64,000 bases of DNA from a virus (lineage: Duplodnaviria; Caudoviricetes). Under the pieces are notes generated by a model. That model was not told where the DNA came from. It did no database searches and saw only the letters and a program-made list of their open reading frames with translations. How positions within the stretch are numbered: the first letter of the stretch is position 1; every line of letters starts with the position of its first letter. The DNA lies in IMG/VR virus record IMGVR_UViG_3300006143_000333, positions 1-64,000 of that record. One strand, given 5' to 3'. Made by a program: the position numbers and the translations under genes. This document shows, one piece after another, positions 39,782 to 50,807 of this stretch.

Positions 39782-39928
39782 CCTTTCTATATATAGAATA
39801 ACATATATATAAAGAAAAGAAAATATAAAAAATAATTATAATAATTGTTGACAATATATATAGTTAAGTATATAATATAAAATATCAAAGGCAAAATTAA
39901 GTACATATCACGAGAGAGGAGGATACAT

Positions 39929-40309
39929 ATGGAGCTTCATAGATACGATATTATAGAGGCAGAATTAGATTATGGGACTGGCTCTATTCAGAAAAAGAAG
40001 AGGCCATATATAATTGTAAGTAATGAGAAAGGAACAACAAATGCAAGTATCATTACTGTAATGCCTTTGACTCATATTATAAAAAAGCAGCATCTTCCAG
40101 TTCATGGGTGTTTACAAGCAGAATCTGAGACTGGATTATCTATGTACTCTATGATTCTTGGTGAACAGCCACAAACGATTTGTAAAGAAGAAGTAATTAA
40201 GAAATTAGGGAACGTTTCAGATCGCAAACAGAGAAATAATGTAAATAAAGTTTGTTTCAATACATTTTTCTTTGGAGAAATCATTAATTGGGAAGAGGTG
40301 TTAGCATAA
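39929..40309 (+). CDS. PemK/MazF family protein
   Basis: RYDII...GSIQKKKRPYIIVSN...VMPLT...EQPQTI. Confidence 0.8.
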   Translation: MELHRYDIIEAELDYGTGSIQKKKRPYIIVSNEKGTTNASIITVMPLTHIIKKQHLPVHGCLQAESETGLSMYSMILGEQPQTICKEEVIKKLGNVSDRKQRNNVNKVCFNTFFFGEIINWEEVLA

Positions 40310-40587
40310 TGAATGTTATTGTGTGTTCTGTAAAAGAAGCATATAAGTTAATGGAACATATGGATGAAGAGGATATGGTTGTATTAACTGTTTTGAACAA
40401 GAAAACTCATATTCATAGTATTCCGAAAAGAATTAAGAAGAAAAATGGAGAAGAATTAATAAAACGAGCAGATAACATTCTTTATCAAAATAATAATTTT
40501 TTTGGCATGTTGTCATTGTATGGAGTTACAAAAAAGGAAAAAGATACCATTCATAACATATCTTTTCCACAATTAGAATAAAAATAC

Positions 40588-40639
40588 AAACTAATGTTCG
40601 ATTTTCTTATTGACAAGAATATATGTTCGGGGTTATAAT
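40588..40639 (+). promoter_or_regulatory. SigA promoter with two LexA/SOS-box-like sites
   Basis: TTGACA 40610, TATAAT 40634; AAAC-TAAT-GTTC 40588-99 and GAAT-ATAT-GTTC 40617-28 vs Firmicutes GAAC-N4-GTTC. Confidence 0.55.
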
Positions 40640-40650
40640 ACCATCAGAAA

Positions 40651-40758
40651 CAAAAAGACCTATCCTCAAACGGTGTTGGCGCACCATCGGACAGGTCTAA
40701 TACATAAACGAGCAGAAACGCTCACTTGTATTTTACATAGTTAATTTTTATAAGTCAA
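40651..40758 (-). ncRNA. Putative antisense RNA element D
   Basis: Minus-strand TTGACT-17-TAAAAT; hairpin 40656-40698 with TTGGCG loop and U-run. Confidence 0.6.
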
Positions 40759-40818
40759 GTAAATTCAAGCGGTTCTGCAAAAATTCATAATATTATAATT
40801 GAATATTTTGACAATTAT

Positions 40819-40892
40819 GGATCTATAGCTCAGTTGGTGAGAGCAATCGTCTCATAAGCGATAGGTCTTGGGTTCGAGTCCCAATAGATCCA
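40819..40892 (+). tRNA. tRNA with CAT anticodon (probably Ile2; Met possible); CCA not encoded
   Basis: Acceptor GGATCTA/TAGATCC, D arm GCTC/GAGC, anticodon loop CTCATAA, T loop TTCGAGT. Confidence 0.9.
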
Positions 40893-40968
40893 TTAAATCA
40901 GTGTTTTAAGAACACTGTATTTTTTGTACGCATTTTTTAAAATTTAATGAGAAAGGAATGAAGAAAAA

Positions 40969-41604
40969 GTGGATTATGTAATTAAAAATCATAAAAATTT
41001 GTATATTCGGTTAAATAAAAATGGGAAACCTGTTACTTGTACAGAATATGAAAAAACATTATTTGAGTATTCAAAAGCAAAAAATATTCTTGATAATTTG
41101 CCCAAAACATTACATAGGTTAAATTTTAGAGTAGAAGTAGTCCCAGATATTGTCCAAGACACGCATAAAATGACACAATGTAACCCAAGTGTTATAGAAA
41201 ATAAGATTATACAAGCAGAAGAATACATAATTTCAGAACAAATAAAACGATGGATAGAAAAATTTGGAATATGTGATGACATAATAAAAGAAGCAAAAAA
41301 AAGGAAAGATGAGTTAGAAAAGAATATTTCCAATTATGATCGTGCTGTTAGTAATTGGTTACATGAGGTAGAGCTAGAAAAGAAAAAGAATGCTTGTGAA
41401 GGATATCTCAAATATAAATACATAAAAGAAGTTGTTGATAAAAGAAGAATAGCCAAAGATGAATGGGTGATTATTAACAATATTTTGCGAATGGATTTTA
41501 GAAATCTTGATAGGGAAGTTGTTAATAAAGCAATAATTGGTCTTGCTAAAAGAAAATTTACATATCGAGTTGTTGAAGAGGAGGAAACAGAAAATGTTGT
41601 GTAA
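40969..41604 (+). CDS. Hypothetical phage protein
   Basis: 211-aa ORF with RBS. Confidence 0.65.
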   Translation: MDYVIKNHKNLYIRLNKNGKPVTCTEYEKTLFEYSKAKNILDNLPKTLHRLNFRVEVVPDIVQDTHKMTQCNPSVIENKIIQAEEYIISEQIKRWIEKFGICDDIIKEAKKRKDELEKNISNYDRAVSNWLHEVELEKKKNACEGYLKYKYIKEVVDKRRIAKDEWVIINNILRMDFRNLDREVVNKAIIGLAKRKFTYRVVEEEETENVV

Positions 41605-41793
41605 AAAGTGCATGATGGGCATGGGAACTGGGACTACATATGAACAAAATAAAGATGGAAAGCCATCAGCTAAGAGATTTCATGAATGTAAAAAGTGTCA
41701 TGATAAGGTTTATACAAAAGAACCTAATTTTCAGGAATGTATGAGTAAAGCATCAGAAAAATGTAGAAATAGATAATACATAATTATTAAGAG

Positions 41794-42387
41794 GTGTCCA
41801 ATATGAATCAGATATTAATTACATATTATTCAAACAATGCAAAGAAACTTCATAAGATAGTTGACAGGATTTTACTAAAATTTGGCGGTTTATCTGATAA
41901 AGATGTGGATGATTTCTATTCTCTTGCAAATGAGGTATTTGTAGATGTGATGAATCGATATGATAATTCTCAATCTTTTGATGCATTCCTGTATTCTTGT
42001 CTACTAAATAAAATTAAAACTGAAATGACAAAAAGGAATCGAGAAAAACGTAAAGCAGATAGATTGTCGATTTCAATTTATACACCGATTGGTGATGATG
42101 AAAATTCTACTATAGGAGATATTATCGCATCTGATTTTTCTATTGAAAAAGAAGTATTTGAAGATGGTGAGGAAGAATATAGTAGAAGAATGTTGCTATA
42201 TCTTAATAGGCTTTCAAATCTCCAAAAGGAAATATTAAGACTTAATATATCTGGGCATCTTCCTAGAGAAATCAGAGAAGAATTACATATAAGTGAGAAA
42301 GAATATGCTGATTGTTATTCAGCAATTAAGTCATATAAAAACACAAAATATTTAGCAAAATTGATTAGGAGGAAAAGCGTATGTTAG
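41794..42387 (+). CDS. Sigma-70-like factor / phage transcriptional regulator
   Basis: Region-2-like DDFYSLA...YD...SFDAFLY...RNREKR and C-terminal HTH. Confidence 0.65.
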   Translation: MSNMNQILITYYSNNAKKLHKIVDRILLKFGGLSDKDVDDFYSLANEVFVDVMNRYDNSQSFDAFLYSCLLNKIKTEMTKRNREKRKADRLSISIYTPIGDDENSTIGDIIASDFSIEKEVFEDGEEEYSRRMLLYLNRLSNLQKEILRLNISGHLPREIREELHISEKEYADCYSAIKSYKNTKYLAKLIRRKSVC

Positions 42388-43805
42388 ATGAGTATAGGAT
42401 TGAGCCATTAAGTGTAGGACAGTATTTGGATCGTGTGGATAATGAAGATATTAAAATAGATCAAGCTGTACAGCGAAGTTTTTGTTGGAATAAGGAGATG
42501 ATGAATGCACTTATTTATAGCGCGCTTTCAAGAAAAATATATATTCCTAATTTTATTCTTGCTGAAGAAAAAAGAAATGACGGGACGAAACAGACGTATG
42601 TTGTAGATGGTGGTCAAAGAACAGAAACCCTATATCAATTTAAGTATGGTGGTTATACAATAACGAATAATCTGAGGAGTTATATCATCCCATATAAAAA
42701 GAGAAAAGTTGATGAAAAGGGAAATGTTGTAAGGGATGAGTATGGGAATATTCAATATGAATTGGTAGAGTATGATATTCGGAAAAAAACTTATAACGAA
42801 CTTCCTGAAGAATTAAAAAAGAAATTTGATGGATGTCCATTGACGACTGTGATTTATCAAGACTGTACAACAGAAGAGACTTCAGAGTTGGTATTGCTCT
42901 ATAACAATCATGTAGGCATGAACGTTTCACAGAAGTCTCTTACATATATTGGTAAATTTGCAGATGAAATAAAAAGAATCAAGGATAGCAATAGATTTTT
43001 AATAGATTGTACATCCCTTAGTGAAAACGAAAAGAAAAATGGTGTATGGGAAAGGGTTATATCAGAGAGTGTGATGGCTATCAATCATTTTGATCATTGG
43101 AAAAAGAAACCAAAAGATATGTGTGATTATTTAAATAATAATTCATCCATTGATGAGTTTAAGGGTTTGGAAAGTTACTTTAATAGATTGATTCCATATA
43201 CGGATCAACTAGTGAACAGAGATGTAGCATCATTGTTTACAGCAAAAAATTTATTTATTTGGATGATGGTCTTTGATAAGTTCTCAAAAATGCATGTTTC
43301 AGATGATAAGTTTGGTGAATTCTTAAGTGCTTTTGTATGTGGGTTACAGAATAGAGAGATCAATGGAGAGGATTGGGCAACTATTGATAGTGACCGTCAT
43401 ACAAAAGATAGAAGTCTTATTGAAAGAAAAATTAAGTATATTGAATGTTTACTGAAAGAATTTTTATCCTCAGTAAATATTCAGGAAGAGAAAAATAGTG
43501 TCGAATCCATTGTTGCAGAATGTCTTGGCATAGAAGCAAAGACAATTCAAGAAGATATGGATTTATATAATGAATCACTAGATGCCTTATTGGAGAATAC
43601 CGTAAAGGTTGATTCAAAACTACGACATGAACAAAATCGTCCGTCTTTATTGGCAATGATGATTTATTCCTACAAACATGATAGAGATTTAGATAATTGG
43701 ATGATAAGTTATGCAAAGAATAATAATACATATTTTGTAAATCAAAAAAAGAATTTCTTACATATGAAAAATGATTTTGAGCAATATCTTAGAAGATGTG
43801 TATAA
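42381..43805 (+). CDS. DUF262 domain protein (long form)
   Basis: VQRSFCW, YIPNFIL, VDGGQR, YNN. Confidence 0.8.
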   Translation: MLDEYRIEPLSVGQYLDRVDNEDIKIDQAVQRSFCWNKEMMNALIYSALSRKIYIPNFILAEEKRNDGTKQTYVVDGGQRTETLYQFKYGGYTITNNLRSYIIPYKKRKVDEKGNVVRDEYGNIQYELVEYDIRKKTYNELPEELKKKFDGCPLTTVIYQDCTTEETSELVLLYNNHVGMNVSQKSLTYIGKFADEIKRIKDSNRFLIDCTSLSENEKKNGVWERVISESVMAINHFDHWKKKPKDMCDYLNNNSSIDEFKGLESYFNRLIPYTDQLVNRDVASLFTAKNLFIWMMVFDKFSKMHVSDDKFGEFLSAFVCGLQNREINGEDWATIDSDRHTKDRSLIERKIKYIECLLKEFLSSVNIQEEKNSVESIVAECLGIEAKTIQEDMDLYNESLDALLENTVKVDSKLRHEQNRPSLLAMMIYSYKHDRDLDNWMISYAKNNNTYFVNQKKNFLHMKNDFEQYLRRCV

Positions 43806-44427
43806 AGGAGGATGGGTAAATGGCGGTTATTATTAATTTCCAGAAATATGTTAATTCAAGAAAAAAGAAAGGTGAAGATGTAGAAGTAAATAAAGATTCA
43901 AAAGAAATGTGTGAAATTATTCATTTTAACAGGGAGGATGTTAGTTTATGAGATACATAAGTGATGATGGGAAAGTATTCAATACTGAACAGGAATGTTG
44001 CGAACATGAATACAAGATAGAACAGGAAAGAGTTAGAGAAGAAAAAATAGAGATGGAACGTCAGAATAGGTTAGATTCTATTAATAAAAAGTATGAAGAT
44101 TTGCAGAAAGAGATTTCTGAATATAAAAAGGATTATGGTGCTAGATTAGAAGGATATTTTACACCATTCCATGAGTTGTTGGATATATTATACAGATAGT
44201 TTGAAAGCCGCATTTCATTGGGAAAAATAGGAGATTTTTATGAAAGCAAGAATAGTTAAAGATGGAAATTTTTGGATTGGAGAAGTTTATGGACATTGGA
44301 ATATGTTTTTTGGACTAGAAGAAAGAATTTGTTGGGGTTCTGTAACAAGTAGATGCTTTACAAAATTTGGGGCAAAACTTGAATTAATGAAGTGGAAAAG
44401 AGAACATAGCGGAGAGGAATTTGAGTT

Positions 44428-45333
44428 ATGAGTGATAAAAAGATGAAAAGAGACGATTTAGGAAATCGCATGAAAACATTTTATGAGGAGATTCCTAAAA
44501 CAAAGTTAATGAGACGTTGCCCAGTTATATGCCGGATTGATGGCAAGGCGTTCCATACATTTGCCAGAGGGTTCAAAAGACCGTTTGATGATGTTCTTAT
44601 TATGACAATGCAGGAAACAGCAAAATATCTGTGTGAGAATATTCAAGGATGTCAATTAGCGTACACACAGTCAGACGAGATTTCTTTGTTACTGATTGAT
44701 TATCAGAGATTTGAAACTTCTGCATGGTTTGATTATGAGATTCAGAAAATGTGTAGTATCTCTGCAAGTATGGCAACTATGGCGTTCAATAAATTTTTGT
44801 ATAGAAATATTGAGGATTATGGACGTGATTGCTGCTATGATCCAGATGTTTGTAATTATGGGAGTAAAATTAATCCAGGTAGAGAAGATGATTATAAACG
44901 ATACAAAGAAGTTTATAGAACAAGATTGTTTATGGGTGCTATGTTTGATGCCAGAGTCTTCAATATTCCCAAAGAAGAAATAACTAATTATTTCTACTGG
45001 CGGCAATTAGATGCCTCAAGAAATAGTATTCAGATGGTAGGACAAGCAAATTTCAGTCATAAGGAGTTACAGTTTAAATCTTGTAATGACATTCAGGATA
45101 TGCTTATGACACAAAGAGGGATTAATTGGAATGACCTTCCTACATATCAGAAACGTGGGAGTTGCGTAGTAAAAAATAAAGTTGTTCTTGAATCGGATGG
45201 TGTAAAAGAGAAGTGTATGTTGCGTGATCCGAAACATGGTGAAAACAATTGGATTATTGATTGTGACATTCCCATTTTCAAGGGAGAGGACAGAGAGTAT
45301 ATTGAACAGTTTGTGAATGTAGGAGAGGTGTAA
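44428..45333 (+). CDS. Thg1-like tRNA(His) guanylyltransferase / 3'-5' polymerase
   Basis: RIDGKAFHTF, YTQSDEIS, FDARVF, YFYWRQLDA..NS. Confidence 0.9.
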   Translation: MSDKKMKRDDLGNRMKTFYEEIPKTKLMRRCPVICRIDGKAFHTFARGFKRPFDDVLIMTMQETAKYLCENIQGCQLAYTQSDEISLLLIDYQRFETSAWFDYEIQKMCSISASMATMAFNKFLYRNIEDYGRDCCYDPDVCNYGSKINPGREDDYKRYKEVYRTRLFMGAMFDARVFNIPKEEITNYFYWRQLDASRNSIQMVGQANFSHKELQFKSCNDIQDMLMTQRGINWNDLPTYQKRGSCVVKNKVVLESDGVKEKCMLRDPKHGENNWIIDCDIPIFKGEDREYIEQFVNVGEV

Positions 45334-45658
45334 AATTATGGATATTAGTAAAGCTGAAAAAATTGGTAAAGTTATGAATAATATTAATCGTTGCAAAAGT
45401 TTTCTTGGTTGCTTGAAAGACAGGGGTTATCCTGACAGCTTTGAAATCTATTATAGAGATTATAAAGCTTGTGATCTTGAGGAAGATGTATTGGATATTA
45501 TTATTGAACACTACGAAAACGAATTGGAGAGATATAACGAAGAGCTGAAAAAACTTTAAGCATTGAAACTAACATTTCAAGTCAATATAGGATCAATATA
45601 TGGTATGTGAGTAATTAACTAATAACAATATATAGCGCAATAAAAAGGAGAGCAAATT

Positions 45659-47745
45659 ATGGAATTTACAGAAATGAGAAACAAATTGATGGAAAACTTT
45701 AATGAGATGGTAAAAGACGTAGATCATCTTTTTGAAGTAGCAGTAGACAAGGATGAATTATGGAATCTGTACCTTGATAGTTTTCCAGCAGGAACTAATG
45801 AGATTTACAGAGAACGAAGGTGGCATGACTGTAGTTGTTGTCACCAGTTTATTAAGACAATTGGAAATGTTGTTGTGATTAAAAACGGAGAAATTACAAC
45901 CATTTATATCAGCCAGTGTTAGATGCTCTGTCAAGTTTTATCAAGTCTCATGCTGTATCAGATATTTTTGTGAGTAAGTTTAAGAAAATCGGTACTTTAC
46001 AGAATTATGAAGAATTAGAAAATGGCAAGGTACAGGAATGGACTCATTTTTATTTAGAGTTGCCTGATAAATTTGTGGACAGAAGTAGCAGATCAGAAGG
46101 CGATATTAAAGGCGGCTTTAGGGATACAAGGAATGTTTTTAAGCGTTCTCTGGATGAGATTACAATGGATTCCATTGACACAATTTTGGAACTTATTAAT
46201 TCCAATACCCTTTATAAAGGAGAAGAGTGGAAGGGTGTGCTTGGTGAGTTTAAGAAATACAAGAAGGAATATGATAAACTCACTTCCGATGTTGAAAGAG
46301 ATAATTATGCGTGGGAACAGTCGGTAAAAGCTGGTATTGCTATTGGTCGGATCAGAAATCACAGCATTGGAACACTGCTTGTCAATGTAAGTGAAGAAAT
46401 GGATTTGGACACAGCGGTTAAGAAGTATGAACAGATTGTAGCACCTGCAAATTATAAGCGTCCAAAGGCAATTTATACAAAGAAGATGCTTGAAGATGCA
46501 AAGAAAACCATTACAGAACTTGGATATCTGGATTCTTTGCAGAGAAGATTTGCTAATTTGGATGATATTACAGTAAATAATATTTTGTTTTCTAATAGAG
46601 ATGCTGCTAAGAGGATTGTTGGCGCCGATGATATTTTTGGGGAGATGGAAAAGGATGTTGCTGTAAATCCGAGAAAGTTTTCCAAGGTTGAGGAAATTCC
46701 AGTAAAAGATTTTATTGAAAATATATTACCAACTGCAAAGGATATTGAAATATATTTGGAAAACAAACATACGTCTAATATGGTTTCGCTAATTGCTCCA
46801 AAAATCAAAAATTCAAAAACTATGTTCAAATGGAATAATGGATTTTCTTGGGCATATAGTGGAAACATTACAGACAGTGATATTACACAGAGAGTACAAA
46901 ATGCTGGCGGTCGTATTGACGGAGTTTTAAGATTTTCACATAGTTGGAATTATGAGGGTATGCGAAATGGATCTCTTATGGATTTACATGTATTCATGCC
47001 TGGCTCAAATCAAAAAGTAGAATATAAAAATGGAAAAGAAATTCATGATAACTATGGAAACAATGAGCGTGTTGGATGGAATCATAGACAGCATTTGCCT
47101 TCTGGTGGAGTACAAGATGTTGATTATGTTAATGTTGCACCAGTCGGATATATTCCTGTAGAAAATACAACATTTCCATCAATTGAAAAATTGAAAGAAG
47201 GAATATATACATTTAAAATTCATAACTGGAATTTTAGAAATCCGACAACTGGTGGTTTTAAAGCAGAAATCGCTTTTGATGGACAGGTTTATAGATTTAT
47301 TAGAAGAGAACCTTTACAGCATAAGGAATGGATAACTTTAGCAAAGTTAGAACTTAAAAATGGTCATTTTGAAATAATAGAAATGATGGAAAATGATACT
47401 ACTCCTATTGAAATTTGGGGATTAAAGACTAATCAATTTATTCCTGTATCAGCAATTAGTTATAGTCCAAATTACTTTGATGAGCAGGACGGTATTGGAC
47501 ACAGACATTTATTCTTCTTCCTAAAGGATTGTGTAAATACAGAAGAACCAAATGGATATTACAATGAATTTTTGAAGAATGAACTTGCGGAACATAAGAG
47601 AGTGTTTGAGGCTCTTGGAGCAAAGTGTCATGTGGAAGATACAGAGGATCAACTTTCTGGAATTGGATTTAGTATGACTAAGAGAGCAGAATTGATTGTT
47701 AAAGTAAAAGGTGCAACAGAAAGAATCATGAAGGTAAAATTTTAA
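45659..47745 (+). pseudogene. Large phage protein split by a frameshift near 45905
   Basis: ORFs 45659-45922 (HDCSCC) and 45916-47745 overlap in different frames; second has no RBS. Confidence 0.6.
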
Positions 47746-47766
47746 TCAGAAAAGGAGAAAGAGATT

Positions 47767-48156
47767 ATGGCAGTAGAAAACATTTTTGAGTATGCAACAA
47801 GGAATAAGGTACATTTTCCGTATAAAGGGAATGTTTGGGTAGAGGATCTGTGGGACTTATCGGTTACAGAACTTGATAAGGTGTTTAAGTCGCTTAATTC
47901 ACAGAAAAAGCAGTCTCAGGAAGAAAGTCTTTTGAATACAAAATCAAAGGAAGACGAGATTGTGGAAGTTCAGATTGCTATTGTAAAGCATATTGTAGCT
48001 GTAAAATTAGCAGAGAAGGAAGCAAAAGAAAAAGCGGCTGAAAATAAGGTTAAGAAACAGAAGATTATGGCTATTATGGCAGCGAGAGATGAAAAGGCAT
48101 TAGAAAATGCTTCAGATGAAGATTTACAGAAAATGCTTTCGGAACTGGATGGGTGA
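47767..48156 (+). CDS. Hypothetical phage protein (coiled coil)
   Basis: VEDLWDL motif; AAGGAG RBS. Confidence 0.7.
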   Translation: MAVENIFEYATRNKVHFPYKGNVWVEDLWDLSVTELDKVFKSLNSQKKQSQEESLLNTKSKEDEIVEVQIAIVKHIVAVKLAEKEAKEKAAENKVKKQKIMAIMAARDEKALENASDEDLQKMLSELDG

Positions 48157-48225
48157 TTAAGTAGTATGTGATAGGTAAAACTGTTGCATGACCAATTTAA
48201 TAGAATAATTGGAAAGGAAAATAGA

Positions 48226-49314
48226 ATGAAAGAAGTTACGAATAGATTTGGAACAGGAATTTTGTACGAAGAAAGTGATTTAGGAAAGAACATTTATTGT
48301 GTATGTACTGCCTGCATGAGTGTGTGGTCTGATTTTTTGAGCTTTGCGAATGAGGAGGCTGTTAAAGACAAAGATGGCAAGTGTGTTACACCATATTTTG
48401 TAGAAGAAAATTCTAATGATGTACTTAATCCAACAGATACGATCGTTGTTCTGGGGTGTCAGGTAACTGATCTTGCGATTTACAATGATTTAGAAACTGC
48501 AGAAGAACTTCATGAGCAGCATCCCAATACTCCAATTTATATGGGAGGATGTCTTGCACAGAGATTTGATATTGAGTTACCAGATTATCTTAGACGACTT
48601 GATGTTGTGCGAAAAGAATATGTAGATTTGAAGTATGTTACAGGGTTTATTGATTATAGAAAGCCTTTCTGGAATAGAAAATTAAAAGAAAACGATGATG
48701 AGTTTGCAGTTGGTAATTTGTTTCGGCATATGTATCCTTTGAAAATTGGAGCAGGATGTCATGGTAAGTGTAAGTATTGTACAATTCGTAACACAAGAGG
48801 AGAAACATATCATACTGATGCATATTTACAGGTAAAAGAATTTCTGGATCATGCTGATGAAAGTGTTGTAGTAATTAGTGATAGTCCAACTGTACAACAG
48901 ATTAAGGATTGGTGTCATATAGCAATTCGGTACAATAAACCTATTTCTTTTAGAAATGTGGAACCTCAAAATGCAAATGCTTGTAGAGATGAATTAATCA
49001 GTTTAGCAGATAAAGGATTGCTGAAGATATTTCATTGCCCTATCCAAAGTGATAACGCAAGAGTTCTTCAGGCTATGAATAGAGACATTGATCAAACCCT
49101 TTGGTATGTTGCACTTGCACAGGATTTAAGAAAATGTGGAACAAAAGTAGCTACCAATATTATCATTGATTATGTTGTGGATGGAAAAGTAATACATAAC
49201 ATGAATGAAAATTGGTTGAATGATAAGTTTGATTATTGGTCCTGGAATCCCTATTTTGATGGCAATTGGGATTATCAGAAAGCTGAAGAAAGATTTAAAA
49301 AGTATATTGGATAA
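48226..49314 (+). CDS. Radical SAM protein, MiaB/RimO-like architecture
   Basis: CTAC, LGCQV, GGCLAQR N-terminal cysteines plus GCHGKCKYC (CxxxCxxC). Confidence 0.7.
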   Translation: MKEVTNRFGTGILYEESDLGKNIYCVCTACMSVWSDFLSFANEEAVKDKDGKCVTPYFVEENSNDVLNPTDTIVVLGCQVTDLAIYNDLETAEELHEQHPNTPIYMGGCLAQRFDIELPDYLRRLDVVRKEYVDLKYVTGFIDYRKPFWNRKLKENDDEFAVGNLFRHMYPLKIGAGCHGKCKYCTIRNTRGETYHTDAYLQVKEFLDHADESVVVISDSPTVQQIKDWCHIAIRYNKPISFRNVEPQNANACRDELISLADKGLLKIFHCPIQSDNARVLQAMNRDIDQTLWYVALAQDLRKCGTKVATNIIIDYVVDGKVIHNMNENWLNDKFDYWSWNPYFDGNWDYQKAEERFKKYIG

Positions 49315-49320
49315 TCAAAA

Positions 49321-49480
49321 CAGTCGTTGGTGAAAGATAAACGCATTTAAGACAATAATATGCTCACAGGAGGTAACGCTTACACAAAAGTAAGTATTCC
49401 GAGGCAGGTAATCGGCTTCAACATATGAAGTATCTGAACTGTGCATGAGTGCTGGAGGAGTGAAAGGCTCACCACGACTG
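49321..49480 (+). ncRNA. Candidate structured RNA, 160 nt
   Basis: Ends pair (CAGTCGTTGGTGA / TCACCACGACTG); three internal hairpins; GC-rich intergenic segment. Confidence 0.5.
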
Positions 49481-50807
49481 GTTATTGAGAAAGGGAAAAT
49501 ATGAAAAACAAAATAGAAGAAGCAAAAGATTTAAAGTATCGGTTAGAAAATAATAAAAAGATAGTCCAATATTGTCTTGGAAAACAGGAAGATAATGACG
49601 GCGGATTTATTCATAATCCCAATAATGATAAACATAATTTTGTGTTTTCTACCACACAACATCATTCATCAAAACCAATATATTTAGATGCTTACTATGG
49701 ATATTATGGCAATAGTAATGTATCTATGTTTAATGATGAATTTTACATTACATGTATGGTAGAAGCAATAAATAAATTTCTTCCTCAACTTAGGGAAGAA
49801 ACAGAGAAAATTATGGGGCAGAAATACAATGAAGCACTATTAGAGGCGAAAGGTGAAGCTGAGAAGATTCTTAAAACAATTGAAGATCTAGGTTTGAATT
49901 AGGCAATGAAAAATTCATTTCAATTATTACAGAAGGAGAGGTCATGATTAATATAGAGAAAACAGATAGTATAGAACAAGAATATTTACAGTGTTCAAGC
50001 TGTTTAAAATGTAATGATGATTTAAATATGTTTAAAATCATTGTTGGTAAAAATATGAGACAAACAACAACTGTGAAATTATGCGAAGAATGTATGCGTG
50101 ATTTATTGGAAGATTTAAAAAGATTGGAAATTAACGGTCAGATATAAGTGGCAATGAATATTTGATTTTGTGGTGTGAGGTGATAGGATGACAGAGAATG
50201 AAGCAATCGCAAGAATGAGGTACAGAATAGATACAGCAACAGAAGCAATTGGAAAAGGTTCTGATGGTAAGGCTTATGAGGATATGGAAATCGCAATTAA
50301 AGCACTTGAAGAAATTCAACAGTACAGAGTAATTGGGACAGTTGAGGAATGTCGAGAGGCACGGGAAAGGCAGATTGGGAAGAACCCCATAATTTTAAGT
50401 GAGCAATCTGTAGAATCAGAGAAAAAATTATATATAGCAAAGTATTTCAAATGTCCTACTTGCGGAAACACATCTACATATTTCGGAGGACTACCTAATA
50501 ATTGTCATAATTGTGGTCAGAGGTTGGAGAGTGATGCCACATGACCTACCAAAGAGCAGACCAAAAACATCCATTAATGGGGCTTGATAATAAAATCTGT
50601 AAAAATCCTGCCTATTGGTGTAGGTTACATCAAGTCTGGTTGTCTGATGATGATGTAAAGAAGAAACAATGTAAATGTAAACAGACTTTTGACATGGTTG
50701 GTACATATTGTTGCGGAAATTTAGTCAAGAAGTCAATAAAATGAAACTTTCAAGTAAGAAAAGAGAAATATATATATCACAAAAATGAAAAGGAGAGATG
50801 ATAAGTT

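Noticed and set aside
40819-40892. tRNA as an integration (att) site
   Set aside because: No duplicated 3' fragment seen in the window, and phage-like genes continue on both sides
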